64,000 nucleotides of DNA, taken from contig CM022665.1 of the NCBI GenBank assembly GCA_012295275.1, positions 33,232,001-33,296,000 on the forward strand, written 5' to 3'. Shown here piece after piece: positions 23,951-37,575 of this stretch (position 1 is its first letter; each line of letters begins with the position of its first letter). A program made the position numbers and the translations under genes. This stretch comes from Chrysomallon squamiferum. Taxonomy: Eukaryota > Animalia > Mollusca. A model generated the notes under the pieces. It had not been told where the DNA came from, did not search any database, and saw nothing but the letters and a program-made list of their open reading frames with translations.

Positions 23951-26290
23951 AATAAAAAATTGAGATGAATGTTTTAATTCTATCTTGTTCTACAGAAGAT
24001 AATCTTTCAATTCCTCCAAAGACATGGGATCATCAGCATCCGTAATGGAAAATTGTTGCAGACGAGTGCTGCATAGATGCTGAAAATGAACCCACCTTTG
24101 AACCCTTTCACGTGATGGATATCCATCATTCTCCAAAATAATGGGAAATGGTCACCACCAAAAGGGTCCAAACCAACTTTCCAGAAGAAATCAAACAAAA
24201 GTGAAGGACTACAAAGTAATGTCTATAAAAGCGAAAGAACCGCTTGCAGAATGAAAAAAGATGTACGATTTTGTTATCATTAAATAAAAGCAACCATTAT
24301 TGAAAATTAAGTCTTCCAGTTGATTTTCTCTAATATTTACATCCTCGCATCCCCGCAAAGTATGGGCACCATTAAAATCCCCCATAACAGCTGGTTAAGA
24401 AGACCTTGAAGATCCATAGAATTAAAATGAAAATGATTACGAGTTGGCAAATAAAATGAATACAAAGTAATACTTTTATGAGCAGTAACCTTTACAGCCA
24501 CAGATTGTAAATTGGTTGTTAATGTTACTGAACTCCGAGGAAAGGTTTCATTAACAAGAATGGAAAAAAAAAAAAAAACACCCAAAAAACAGATATTCGA
24601 TTTTCAGTTTCTTGAAATTTCTGATGGAGGTTAAATCCTTTCATGTTAGTATGATCAGTGTCCTTCAAGAACATTTCTTGAAGACGCACTGCAAGGGCGT
24701 TTTTGAATTAAGAGACTTCAGTCATCAACACTGGCCATACGCCCACGGCAGTTCCACTGTATGGCTGAATTAGTCATTAGGAGGAAATCCAGGAGTTGGC
24801 ATTACTTTTTCTTTTGATGTTGGTCGAAGACAAAAAAATAAAAAAAAATAACAAAAAAAATAACAAAAAATACATTGAGATGAAACATCCATCTCATCAG
24901 TCAAATCACAAGCAATGCTAACTGAAACTGATTTCATCTAAGTCTTTTTCAGCTGCCCTGATCGGCGATCTTTTCGAGATGAAACCTTTTCTTTTCCTGG
25001 TTGAGACAAAGTGCGAGAACTTGGCACATGGCAATCAATCTGTTCGAAGGATTCTGCGAATCTAAAGACAAGTCAGTCTTTGTGGTCAATGTTTTGTGTT
25101 TTGTAACAGCTTCTTGTTTTAATGTGTTTGTTTTGCAACTTGTTCTAAATCTGCTTTATCATATCGCCACGTTAGATCAGTATTGATAGCAACACTTCGG
25201 ATGGAGGCCTTGGCTGCTGCAACGTAGCACTTCCCTACTTCGACAGATACTTTTGTCTCCATCAATTTCAGGAAATAACAGGTGTGCCTCAGTTTTAAGC
25301 TGTTGTACCTTTTTTTTTTTTACAATTTCCATCTTGCACATTCTCGCGAAAATGCAGTTTACACATATATTGTCATTATTACATGTCTTACTGTTGTGAT
25401 CAAATTTGCCACAACGAATATATGTCAATTTATTTCGACACGTATTTTAGCCATGACCGAACTTTTGACATTGTAATTGTAACATCATAATGAATTCGGT
25501 GCAAAAGGAACAACAGGTTTAGAGAGACATCCAGGCTTTACAGACTTTGGAAAGGTAGCTTTATCAAATGTTAAAAATCAACATATTCTTGGAATTAGTT
25601 CATTATTCCGACAAGTCGTGATATTTTTCACTAATGTTACGTCCTGCTGTGACAGGTTTTCAGTGATTTCATTTCCATAAACTGCTCCCAAATATTTTGT
25701 CCTAATAACGTCCTTACAAGAATTTAAGGAAAAATGCGGCGAACAGTGAATGGTACATTGCACAAAAGGTTCGACTGAAGAAGATCCAGAGAATGAGTCC
25801 AGGTTGAACATTCTACCAACAATGTACCATTTTTCAGCAAATGATGATAGTTTGCTCAAGACTCCGTTCTTAGATGAATTAATGATCAGAAACTTTGACC
25901 AGGATTCAGAAGTTATAACTTTCAGTTTTCTTTTAATTCCACTAGTTTTGGATTACTCATCATCTGATAAGGAATCCGTAACCTCGATATGGATCCTTTT
26001 CTGAGTCCCATCACGAGTTTGATAATGGCTTGTAGGGCAAATAAATAAACAAGCATGCTCCCCGTCCACAACGGAGTCCAACAAGGGGACATGGAGCTGC
26101 AGATAACCACCAGACACCCATGTCAGGGATACGTGGTTGATATACTTGAGCAATAAAATACAATTTATCACCCAAACAAACCCTAGCCATCGCCCCAAGA
26201 GCAACAAATACAAATGGCAAAGTAAATAATGTTTGTTCTTGACTATATAAACAAGATAAAAGCTATTTGTTCAACGGTTTGGCGTGACCA
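21732..26290 (-). mobile_element. Degenerate non-LTR retrotransposon of the I group (Nimb/Ingi-like) with ORF1 zinc knuckles, APE endonuclease and RNase H
   Basis: ORF1 remnant with CQKFGH..C..CGKFDH..C..CVNC (~25355-25480); ORF2 start MTNSAIQWNCRG at 24777, LQE, GDFN and DHFP endonuclease motifs; RNase H IFTDSLS (~23130); C-terminal TVRHI.VEC (~22020-22040); (CATT)n 3' tail at ~21732-21747. RT core largely missing. Confidence 0.85.
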
Positions 26291-26654
26291 CCCAGCTGAT
26301 TATTGGCAGTTCTCAAAGAGAATGTTACACCCCTGCACCATGGTGAGGTTACAGCACATGTAGGGGCAAAAAGAAGCAAGTCACTTTTTCAACTTTGCGA
26401 GAAAACAAGCGAAAATAGAAGCTTTGTTGGCCGCTTAACAGTGATGATCTGTACACTTGCTTCTTTCCGTCATTCATGTTTATCCCCTTTGTGCTTTGGA
26501 TTACACTATATATCTGTGACAGAACATAAAACATATTTCCACTAAAGGACAAATAGGTAACATTTTCAGACAATTATCACTTGATTCCTTATGCCAAGAT
26601 AGGACAAAAATTACTGTTCCCTGTAGATAAAACTGCAAATTGTATGGTGCATAA

Positions 26655-27345
26655 TGTCACGGGGATTCCACTGAGCTGTAAATGTGATTCTAGGGAAAAA
26701 AGTCACAGGAAAAATAGTCACAGAACAATACGTCAAAATTTTGAATTAAATTTAAGAAATATATTAGAAATGAAAGATAGATTAAACACATTTTGTCAGA
26801 GGTTTTTGTTATTGTTCTTTGATTTTAATGTATGTATGTAAGTAAATACAGTAGCACCTTTTCGTTCACTAGAACACAACAAACACGACACTTTTAAAAC
26901 TATATCAACGCTAGCGCCGAACATTCAGTATAGCACTAGAATAAAGGTAATTTGTCAGAACAATCACATAAGAGTTGTACAAGCAGAACAGCAAATATAT
27001 ATATAAGTAGTTACCAAGGACCAGCCTGAACTTTTATAGTGTGTTAAGTGGACAGAGACCAGTCCCCTGGAATTGTTCCACAGTTCTCTCCTAACAAAAA
27101 ACAAAAACAAAAGAAAAGGGACTTGTGTTATTTGTCAACACAGTTCAAACCTTACCACTAGATGCCTGTCACCAGATCATTTTGAGAAACAAAAACCTAT
27201 AACATCTATTGCTCTGGAGGTGGCAATTAATCCTGCTTGTCACGACGCGCCTCTGGCCACTCACGCCCCCTGCCCAGATGAATTCACGGCTTTGTGGATT
27301 AAGAAGACCAAATGAACAATCGTGACAGAAGTGACATTTTACAGG
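26655..27345 (-). mobile_element. Probable solo LTR related to the LTR at 36749-37315, interrupted by a MULE-type terminal fragment
   Basis: Long colinear similarity with 36749-37315 (TGTCAC.GGGATTCCACTGAGCTGTAAAT; CGCCGAACATTCAGTA; GTGTTAAGTGGACAG; CCTTACCACTAGA); 26690-26832 instead matches 61235-61391. Confidence 0.65.
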
Positions 27346-28130
27346 CGGAAGATAAAAACATTCTTCTGTCACAGTCAGTAAACACAATAATTAATTGCTA
27401 TTGCAAAGCAACAGAAATGTTAGCTTTTCAAACTTTGATGCATAGCGGTCATATTAGAATTTACAGTTTTATTTCAGAAATGAATGAATTAATCTATCAA
27501 AGCAAAAATAAATAATAATTGTGCATGATATCAGTTAAAGTTTCTGTTATATTCATTTTTATGGACATATTCAGATTTTTAATTACAATTTTAATTATAT
27601 AAATTACTTAATAATTGTTGGAAGTATATAAATAATTTTTGAACTGGTGAATCATTTCTTATTGCAAGAAGATAGAGACTAACTATATGAAGCTCTGTGA
27701 ATCAAAATCTTCTGTTAAACAAAGGTTTCAAATGTACTCTACTTTTCATGATTAAAATAATCCTAGAAAAGTTTACGGACAATGCTAATAAATAATTATT
27801 TCATTAGTTCATTACAATGTAGGCCTATTCGATGTGTCTGCAGAGTGAAGTCAAAAAATTTATAATTTGGTACGGTTATATAAGTCACAATTATATTATT
27901 TTTGCAATTGAAAGCTATTTATTGAATCGAAAATAATAAATGAATATTTTACAAATGATTATGGGCGTTCAACAGCAAAGTTAAAGTTAATGAAAGACAA
28001 CTGACACTTTAAAAATACAAAGCTTTGAGAAAACCGTCTCATCCGATCTGCATATAGTCAGATATATTATTATCACTTGTATGTAACTTCTCAGTTTAAT
28101 GCATCGTGATATATCTACATAAAAGCGATA

Positions 28131-28955
28131 GGGTAAAGCGGGTTAATTCTGGCCCTCAAAGTATGCTATAACTTACCGACACTATATTGATCTATAAACA
28201 TATAAACAGAACCTTCCTAAATTTCATTAGAACAATGGTTGTAGGTAATCAGCCATTTACACGTGGATTATGGTGGCCATAATGTTAATAGAATCCTTTA
28301 GGACTGTAAATCTATAGTGACCTATTGCAACAGTGTCACTTTAATCCTCCCAACTCCACTACATCTATCTTGCTGGCCTTACCATGGTTCGGAATTACAA
28401 GAAGGTTGGCAACCAATATCAGTACAGTGAAACCAGCACAGAAAGGGCTAAGTATGCAGTTGAGATGAAACAATTGGCCTTTAAGAAGGCTGCCGAGCAC
28501 CTTAATGTGCCAAGGTCCACTTTACAATTAAACGTCAAGGAAAATGGTATGCTAAAATTACAGAGAACATCAACATGAGTTATTCAAGTAAATTATGGGA
28601 AATCTGGCGATGTACATGTACTCATCCAGCATGTGACTTGTATTATGATTAGGATTAATTATTAGTAGGAGACAATGATTACACAGACATAGCAAAAATC
28701 AGTACCACAAACATGAAGACCATAATACAAATGGAGGCCTCATCTACCCCAAATCGTTAGGGAAAAGCTGGCCCGAGGCAATAACTTTCTGGTTCCCATT
28801 TTAAAAGTATCAGAACTGTGCATATAGTATTTGTGTATACTGAATCAGAAATACATATACTAAACATTATTATTCCGTTTTATTGTTTCCTTTTGTCTGT
28901 TAAACTATAGATGAGGTTGAATGGAAAAGGGTGTCAGAATTATCTTACCTTACCC
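28131..28955 (+). mobile_element. Internally deleted pogo/Tigger-type DNA transposon retaining the psq-type HTH
   Basis: Imperfect TIRs GGGTAAAGCGGGTTAATTCTG / CAGAATTATCTTACCTTACCC flanked by TA; ORF 28384-28578 MVRNYKK...AVEMKQLAFKKAAEHLNVPRSTLQ is a pipsqueak/CENP-B-type HTH; no DDE domain. Confidence 0.8.
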
Positions 28956-30048
28956 TATTTTTTCGAAGTGTCAACGGTCTACTCAAAAATGTGGTCGAGT
29001 CTGTTCTTTATATATATAGTATAACATTTTAATTAGCTGCAGTTTTTAAATTCCCTGTCTGAAAATGAAAGAGCTCTTGAATGGTTTTGTATAGTTAATC
29101 TATTTTTGGAATCAGTAGAAAAGTTTATTCAACATAGGAGAATAATATCCATAAAATGCTCTTTGTGTGTCCTCAACTTGAATTTGTCTTATAATCCTTT
29201 AATCGCTTAGATTCACTCGTTTGTTTTGTTTCACCAATACCGGTGTATATATATTCTGGGGTTTTTTCTATTTTTTTCTTATTCTTTTTTTTTTATTTTT
29301 GTCGATCGACTGACTGATTTTTAAATTTCATTTATATTTTTAATTTTTTTTTTTTCCTGAAAAGAGGTATATTAGTCGGCCAGGCATTGCAGCACAATCA
29401 TGATTTATTGTGAAGTAGTGATTTGGATGGAATCAAATATTGTAACGGTGTCATACTGTGTCATTAGCAATGTAAGTCTCCCCAAACAATATAATAATAA
29501 TTCTAAAGTAAAAATAATGTTTTAGACCATTTTTCATACCGCCTGGGATAGAATTATTCTTTATCTGACCGAATAAATAAGAATAATATATGTATATTAG
29601 CATGAAAACAAAATGTAATGAAAACTAATATAGAAGTATGCATGGGCAGGGGCTAACTGAACCAGGGTCTAACCTCTGCGTTCAGACCAAATGGTCAACA
29701 GATTAAAAAATTTTACCCCAAAGATTCAAAGATTTCGCACTAATTTAACTGTTTTCGGCAACCGCCATATTTGAAACCATTGTTATTGTTAATAAATAAT
29801 TATTTCTGTATAACGCGGAATCTCGCATATTGACAACGAAATCTAGTGACTTCTATAATGAGGTCCGTAAAGAAATAATATAAAATTATTTATTATTGTA
29901 TTTATTTATTTTATATTTTTGATGTACTGGCATTGCTTTCGTTTAACAGAAATATCGAAATGAATTACAGTGATTGGATGCGGTCATATGTTTTGTCAGT
30001 GAAGCTGATTACATTCGTAAAAGTTGCCATGCTACAAATTTTCCTTTT

Positions 30049-30083
<35 letters not shown>

Positions 30084-30956
30084 GCGCGCGCGCGTACTGA
30101 GTCGCGCATTCTTGACATAAAACGTTTATCATAGCACATTTATAATATAGGTCGTTCCCAATTTCTTACAAAATCGCCAGATCTTAAATAGCCATTTAAT
30201 AGTCATAAATATCCATTGTATCTGTATATCATGAGAAAAGTCTAATACGTCTCCAGTTTCCCCAGTCAGTATACTAACACATTCTAACAGAATGCCGAAG
30301 AGTAAGGAATTAGTCCACTTGAACGTGATATTTTGACCAGAGTATACCGGAATTTGGGTATGGACCCTGTTTATATATGAGGAGAAAAATTCCAAAACGT
30401 GCTCAGCCAAATGTTGCGTATTTTTTTATTATCTGCGTCTGAGCAGTATGCAAAATGGCGGCGCCTTATAGCATTGATCTTATTATAAACGACGAGTATT
30501 TCCCGAGAGTTTGCGAGGAAGGAAACGTACACAAAACGTTGAACCGTGGGCCAAACGAAAAATAAAAGTGCCAAGTACCGACGAGAAAATAAACATCCAG
30601 AAATAGGGTTTTACCACGCCAAGAGTCAGTCATGTTAAAGGTGAGAAACAAGTGGTCTGCAATAACAGATTAATATACCAGTAAGTACAAGACAACGGTT
30701 GCTTTTTAAAGCAGATAGTATTTTAATACAGACAGAGTCTTACACAGATAGCAATATGCAACATGTTAACTTTACATATGATATTCTATTCGTGACCGAG
30801 TATATCTAGGAAAAATGTCGACTTTTATGTTGCTGTTTTGGGGTCACATTTGAGCACTGGTGCAAATAAATGATGTTTCATAAAATACAAGAGTTTTGTC
30901 TATAGGTAAAAAAAAAAAAAAAAAAAAATAAAATAAAATAAAATAAAATAAAATAA

Positions 30957-30987
<31 letters not shown>

Positions 30988-31938
30988 TAAAATGCTAGAG
31001 GGCTGATCGTCCATATTTAATTATACATAAAGTTACTTCATTTTACCGTCACCCGCTATCCACCAACGCTTCCAACGACACATTCTAAAGCAAGTGCATT
31101 GTAATAATACTTAATTAAAAACATGAGATCAGCCGATCTTGTCCACGATCATCAAACAAACCGAGTGTCATTTTGTGTCGTATTCCATGAATAAACATAT
31201 ATTTTCTTCAGACGAAATCAGCTTAAAATGGCATTACCAACAATGCTTTAAGTTGGTATTTTTGTTATTATCAGGTTGTTGCAGTTAGCTGACCACGACA
31301 CAAGGCACACACCCGCTTCTCACAGAAAGGCTGTTCAATAATTATTACGTAATTCAAAATAAAATTTCCATTTCTTCTTACACTGTAAGTTAGTTTCATT
31401 ATTTTGAAACATAAAGGCATCCCCTCAAAAATATCATGCACTTCACTCACTTTATAAATAAAAAGTGTTACATCACTCTATAAAGAAATAAACGAACTAC
31501 TTTCCTACTACTTTGTAAGGAAAAAAAAAAAAAATATATATATATATATATATAAACATGCGATCTCGTATTGATTCCTGATATGAGTGACTTCAAAACA
31601 AACAACTCTGCAAATTTTGGTTATTTTCTAACACAATTGGCTAAGCTTGGGCAATTTGGGACCAGTACTGATATTTGGTTCATGCTGTAAGTCATAATCT
31701 CCAAAAACTCAATATAATGCCCAAATCAGTTGATTACCAATGTCGGCGTTACAAAGAGGTTTGACTGTAGCTTCTTCGTTATGAATGGGCTTAAGCAATT
31801 AGTCACTAGCTATGCACATGGCCACTGATAACTATACATTTATTTTTATTTAGAGAGGAGAAAAAACTATTGACCGCAGAAATAATTAATTCAGAAGCTT
31901 AACAACTGAAATTGATCACATATTTATATTTAAATATA

Positions 31939-33135
31939 TTATATAATCTGATCCAGTTTCTGGCAATATTCATGAGTGTATCTTGTAAGAATGTCCTGTT
32001 CAAGTTTTGACAATCGTAATCTTTCGAGTCGAATAACCTCTCTACGATTTGGAGAACTCTTGTCGGTCATGAATTCTAGGATATGTTTACGTGCTGCTTT
32101 AGAAATCATTAATGCTTCTCTCATTACATTTTCAACTGGTTCTGAAACATTACGACGATGCTGAAGAACATGTTTCAAACTGTGCTTTCTTTGTGGAAAA
32201 ACTGAATTTTGTTTTAAATGTTTCGTCTCTTCCTGAATATCTAACACACTTACACTTTTTTTAGCTTCCTTTAATTCTGTAAGACATCGCTCCAAATCAA
32301 ATTCTACGCGATGTTTACCTCCGGACTGGCAATCGGTAACACTATTAGATTTAACTACGGATGGAGGAAGTTTATTTGTTAAATTTACTGAACCGACAAA
32401 ATTATTTATTTGAACTGGTAGATAATTTAATTCTTTGAATTCCATTTGTTGTTTTTGCCTCCAATATAATTTTATTTCTTCTTCCGATTTCGAGTCTAAT
32501 TTTACAGATGTTCCTGAAACAGACAATGCTTTTGACGTTGGACATTTCCGGTTTTTTAGCTGAAAACTATTGGTTTGTGATGCAGCATACGAAGGGTAAG
32601 CACTTGCAGGTCTCGGTGGAAATCTAACCTCTTTCGTTTCGTCGCTTGGAATTTTGGCAATATCAACTGAATGTGGTCTTATTTTTATATCAGCATTCCG
32701 TTTTAGCATTTCATCACTTTCAACATGCTGCATCAAATGAGAATTTATTGAAGAATCGGAACTGATCTGAACGGAAGGTTTCGGCTGATGACGTTTATCG
32801 GTTGAAAACTGGATCATAAAATGTTTAAGATTCTTTTCACAAAGTCTCCATTCTTTAAGCCGTTTTTCGCTTAGTCGAGTGACGTCTTTATTGCCATATG
32901 TTGATTTCAACAATGCATTGTCTCCAGGGTCTGACGGATGCAGTCCTAAGCTGCTAATTCCTGTAGTTCGCTTAGTTTGTTCGATTTCTGTTAGTATACT
33001 TTTTATTTCAGTTTTGTAGTTGAAACGATGTAGTACTATGGTACGTTCATATTGCTTTAGTTTTTGTTCCAATTTCTGATCTTCCAATCTGTTCTTTCTC
33101 TCGGCCAAAAAATATTTTTCTGTAAAAAGCTGCAT
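31939..33135 (-). CDS. Uncharacterised 398-aa protein with CCDC190-like N-terminal coiled coil
   Basis: Uninterrupted 1197-nt ORF in AT-rich DNA; splice acceptor at 33154-33155 and upstream donor GTAAGT at 34688-34693 imply a non-coding first exon; N-terminus ERKNRLEDQKLEQKLKQ...H...E...I..E resembles the CCDC190 motif as recalled (not searched). Confidence 0.8.
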   Translation of the reverse strand: MQLFTEKYFLAERKNRLEDQKLEQKLKQYERTIVLHRFNYKTEIKSILTEIEQTKRTTGISSLGLHPSDPGDNALLKSTYGNKDVTRLSEKRLKEWRLCEKNLKHFMIQFSTDKRHQPKPSVQISSDSSINSHLMQHVESDEMLKRNADIKIRPHSVDIAKIPSDETKEVRFPPRPASAYPSYAASQTNSFQLKNRKCPTSKALSVSGTSVKLDSKSEEEIKLYWRQKQQMEFKELNYLPVQINNFVGSVNLTNKLPPSVVKSNSVTDCQSGGKHRVEFDLERCLTELKEAKKSVSVLDIQEETKHLKQNSVFPQRKHSLKHVLQHRRNVSEPVENVMREALMISKAARKHILEFMTDKSSPNRREVIRLERLRLSKLEQDILTRYTHEYCQKLDQII

Positions 33136-35975
33136 CAGTTTTTAAGATATACACTAAAAATAGAAAAAAAAGTACACATTCTTATTCCAACAAACAACAA
33201 TAATAACATGAACAACAACAACAATAATATATATATATATATGTATTATTCTGACCGATCAAGCCCATATTGAAAGGTATTATAACCATAATGATATTTT
33301 CATATAATAATTGAAATAGTTAAATTGAAAGGAAGGACTCCACTAATTTCAACGAGTATGTAATAGAGACCATTAAATAAACATTAAAGATTTTCAAAAA
33401 TATTTATATTAACCACTGGCTTGTTATTAAACAACATTCTGGGCATAAGTACTAAGCTATAGCGTAAGATATAAAATTGTAGACCGAAGTAATCTTTAAC
33501 TACAATACTGTTAACATCACAGTTATGACAGAATTACTTCGGTCTAGAAAAATCGATGCGCATGAACAGGATTAAATACAAATGGTCATTACATTACGCA
33601 CAAGCGCCGTCTGATTAATATATAGTCTTAGGGATATCGTTAGAAAAATGGCGCCTGCATTTGTATCGAGAATATGAAATCGAAGAAAATTAAGACAAAT
33701 ACAGAGATATATTGAACATTTATGATGAAGCTGAGCAGTATGCTAAATAAATATTCACACAATTAAACATTCTAGATTTATTGATTTTTTATGAAATTGG
33801 AAATGACCAGCATTACCATATAAAGTGAAAAAGGATATCTAACGCCAGTGTCGTTACTGACTATGTATATAAAGTTGTCGATAAAAATTTGTATGGGTTC
33901 GACTGGTTTTCCACTCGGTGACATTTGTGATGTATATCTGTCTCTTGTGACAATAATATATTATCTGGAGTCATTAAATTTAATTCTGTATTTCAAAGGA
34001 AATATTTTTTATTTTTCTTAATTGTTTTCGCACCTAATTTGTTCTAAGGTGTTATTTGTCTAGAAAATATGAGTGAATAAATGTACATGTACTAATCGAG
34101 TGATTTCTGGCTTTTTATATACAGTTCATGTTCAGTTTATAACATATATTTTCAACACTGCCTTTTGATTTCATCAAAATACTGAGTATTAAGGTCTGTC
34201 CTGGAGTGGCTAATTGAAGACCAGACCTTCTGTAGATCTCTTATAGCCACGTCCCTTTTACTGCATTCTTCAAATTTAAATGTTATTCAGTTAGTATAAA
34301 ATAAAATGGTTGTAATTATATATATCTTTTTGTTTTCGATTTATTTTATTTTATTTTATTTGTTTGTTTGGTTGTTTGTTTATTTAGTTAGATAGTTAAT
34401 TTTTTGTTTTGTTATTGTTGTTGTTTCTGTATGTGTGTATTTTCGCTTAAATATTTTTCTCATCTGTTGTTTTTTGTTTTTTTGTTTTTAAAATTGTAAT
34501 AATAATATATATATAAACAAGAACAATTGTAAACAAAATCTCATAAAAAAGTATATAAATTATATAAATTTAATAAATAATTAATTAAATTAATAATAAT
34601 AATAATATGTCAATAAAAACAGTTCCACATAAAAATATTTCGAATCTAGGTTTTCATTCAGTTATCAGTATCATGTATTTAGTACACACTTACCCTGTTC
34701 ATTAGTGAAAGTGTTTCGGTGAAATGGTCTGCTCGGATAATTTCTGTTATTATTACTACATTAGATTATTCAAGAAAACATGCTGGTATAAAGAAATCAG
34801 TAAACTTTCTACATCTGTAAATAATTTTTAAACATGCTAAACCTAAACTGACGTATAACTGATGTAGCAAAAGAGCTGTACTCTATACACAATTCTATTT
34901 AGAAGGTTATTTTGGGGCGATCATCACTAATTCTCTTGCACTGTTATTTAAGACGATTATTTATATTATAATTCGTATTTTCAACCAACTAACGCCGAAG
35001 AGGTAACCGTATGCCAGAGCTTTGTAATACTAATAAGTGGTTAATCCGCTGTAGTCGTTATTCGTTAAAACCCTGTTAATGCAAATTGTAAAAGTTTAAC
35101 TGTCGGATTTATAAGTCATCCGTTTTGAGTACGTTTGTGTAAATATGTGTGTGTGTGTGTGCTGCTCGAAAAAGCTTTACCTAAATCTGTGTTTTTGAAA
35201 CTGAGAAAGGGCATATATGTAAACAAAAATGCATACACACATATATAATATTATTTATATAGACTAAATATGTATTCGTTTTAAAATCTTTGGACCTGAA
35301 AAAATACTGGTCATAGGAATGTTGAGTAGGACGCACTTTAAATCGTGTTTTTCCGCTAACTAGCTGATGAGATTTGCATGACGTGAACTTTAACGGGGAC
35401 ACAGCAGATTTAATTCAAGCGCTTTGAAAAATTATAAGAAAAATCTCGAAGTCTGGTACATTTTCAGGTTATCTTTTGTGATAGGAAGAAATGGTCTAAG
35501 TATATTCTTTATACTTCCAAGTAATTTGTTTATTTGTTTGTTTTTCCCGTCCATTTGTAATTGAAAACAAAGTGTAATAATAAAAGAATACATTTTCTTA
35601 AAATGGGAATGCTGCCATTTTTTCTATCATTGTAAAGCCTTCGTATTTGTGGCCGGACGGTTTTCCCTAAAATTTCTCCTAACATAAGAAAATAATAATA
35701 ATAATAATAAAAATACAGCTGTCAATCCGCCACATGCAAATGTTTTGAAACAAAACTACGTTATGGTCATACAATGTAGCCAAAAATAATTAAACAGCTT
35801 GGAAATATAGAGAACTATGTGTGTGTGATTAATATCTATTATAATTGCTAAGCACAAAGTTAAACACATGTAAAATCTATAGTCTGTTGACATATTAATC
35901 CTGTCTTGATTTAAAAATAATTCATTTGTTGACAAGAACGAATACATTATTTTTATTTGCTTTGAGCTACCAGTC

Positions 35976-36008
<33 letters not shown>

Positions 36009-36748
36009 GTTTAAAACAAACTGCATAATATTCCGTAATTCAACTACAAAAACAGGATGGACAGTTACATAATGCTGCGATCTTAAATGTAATGCATGTT
36101 TTAAATAGATTCAAAGTTATAAAGTTGTTTATTCTGAACAGACAATAAATGTATTAATTTAAAAACAGATGGTCTTAACCAGTAGTATTTTTTTTACATA
36201 CATTACGCCAGTATGCAAATTTTATGTTCAGTTCCACAATACCTTCCTTAAATGAGTAATTGGTGAGAAAAACGAAATTTTGTGATATGAGATGAATAAC
36301 AAGTAGGTAATAATATCCTCAGAAAATACTGTAAGCAAAATGTATCTGTTAGATGTCATGAAATATTACATTTTGGTGAATTGTTAAACAATTTTTCTAT
36401 TTCTTAAACACAGAGATGGAAGAGGAGCACTCTTTTTATAAATATTACATCATTATCAGCTTGCCGATTAAACCATGCATCTTCAGATCCTAAAGAAAAT
36501 AATAGATGTTTTACACGGTGAAGCCAGTTAAGATTCTTGACTTTTTTGTTGGTTTCAGATACAATTCCTCGTCTCTAAAAGCCTCAACCAGTATTTAACT
36601 ATTCTTACTTTAGGTACTAAATGTAGAGGCAATCTTCCTAATTCTGTTAACACAGCTGCATTCAGTATCATTTTACAAAAATCTACATGAACTTTTTCTA
36701 CACCATAAGCTTGATCAAAACCCATACTTCACAGCCATAATTTAACAC

Positions 36749-37499
36749 TGTCACAGGGATTCCACTGAGCTGTAAATATATGTCTCTCTTTCTCAGGCTG
36801 GTTACTACCCGAGTTGGCTTGGCTCTAGGGGTAACCGGTAAGTTCTATGTATGCACGTATATATAAATACAGTAGCATGTTTTTGTTCACTAGAAACAAA
36901 ACAAACACAAGAAACTGTTAAAACTGTATCAGCGCCGAACATTCAGTAGAGCAGTAAAGAATAATACAGAATAATTGAAATTTGTCACAACAATCACAAA
37001 AAGGTTATACATGCAGAACAACAAATATATATATATAAATAGTTACCCAGGCCAAGCCTGAACTTTTTCAGTGTGTTAAGTGGACAGTGACCATTCCCCT
37101 GGAATCATTCCACAGTTCTCCCATAAGAAAAAAAAATCTCCGTTATTTTATTCAAAAAGAAAAAAGACTCGCGTTATTTGTCAACGCGGTTCGAACCTTA
37201 CCACTAGACGTTTGTCGTCAGATCATTCTGAGAAACAAAACCCTGTAACATCTATAACTTCGGAGGTGATAATTAACCCCACAATTACCGACATGACAGA
37301 AGTGATATTTACAGGAGAAAGATTCCCCACCTCAAAAGGCATATTTCCTCTACTCTAGGAATAAAACACAACATTTAAACACAAGCAGTTCGTGCATTTG
37401 TAATACATAGTAATATGGTGACTACCAGTAATCCCACTCCGTCTCTGAATCCCTGGATAATTAAATATATGTATATGTATGTATGTATGTATGTATGTA

Positions 37500-37575
<76 letters not shown>

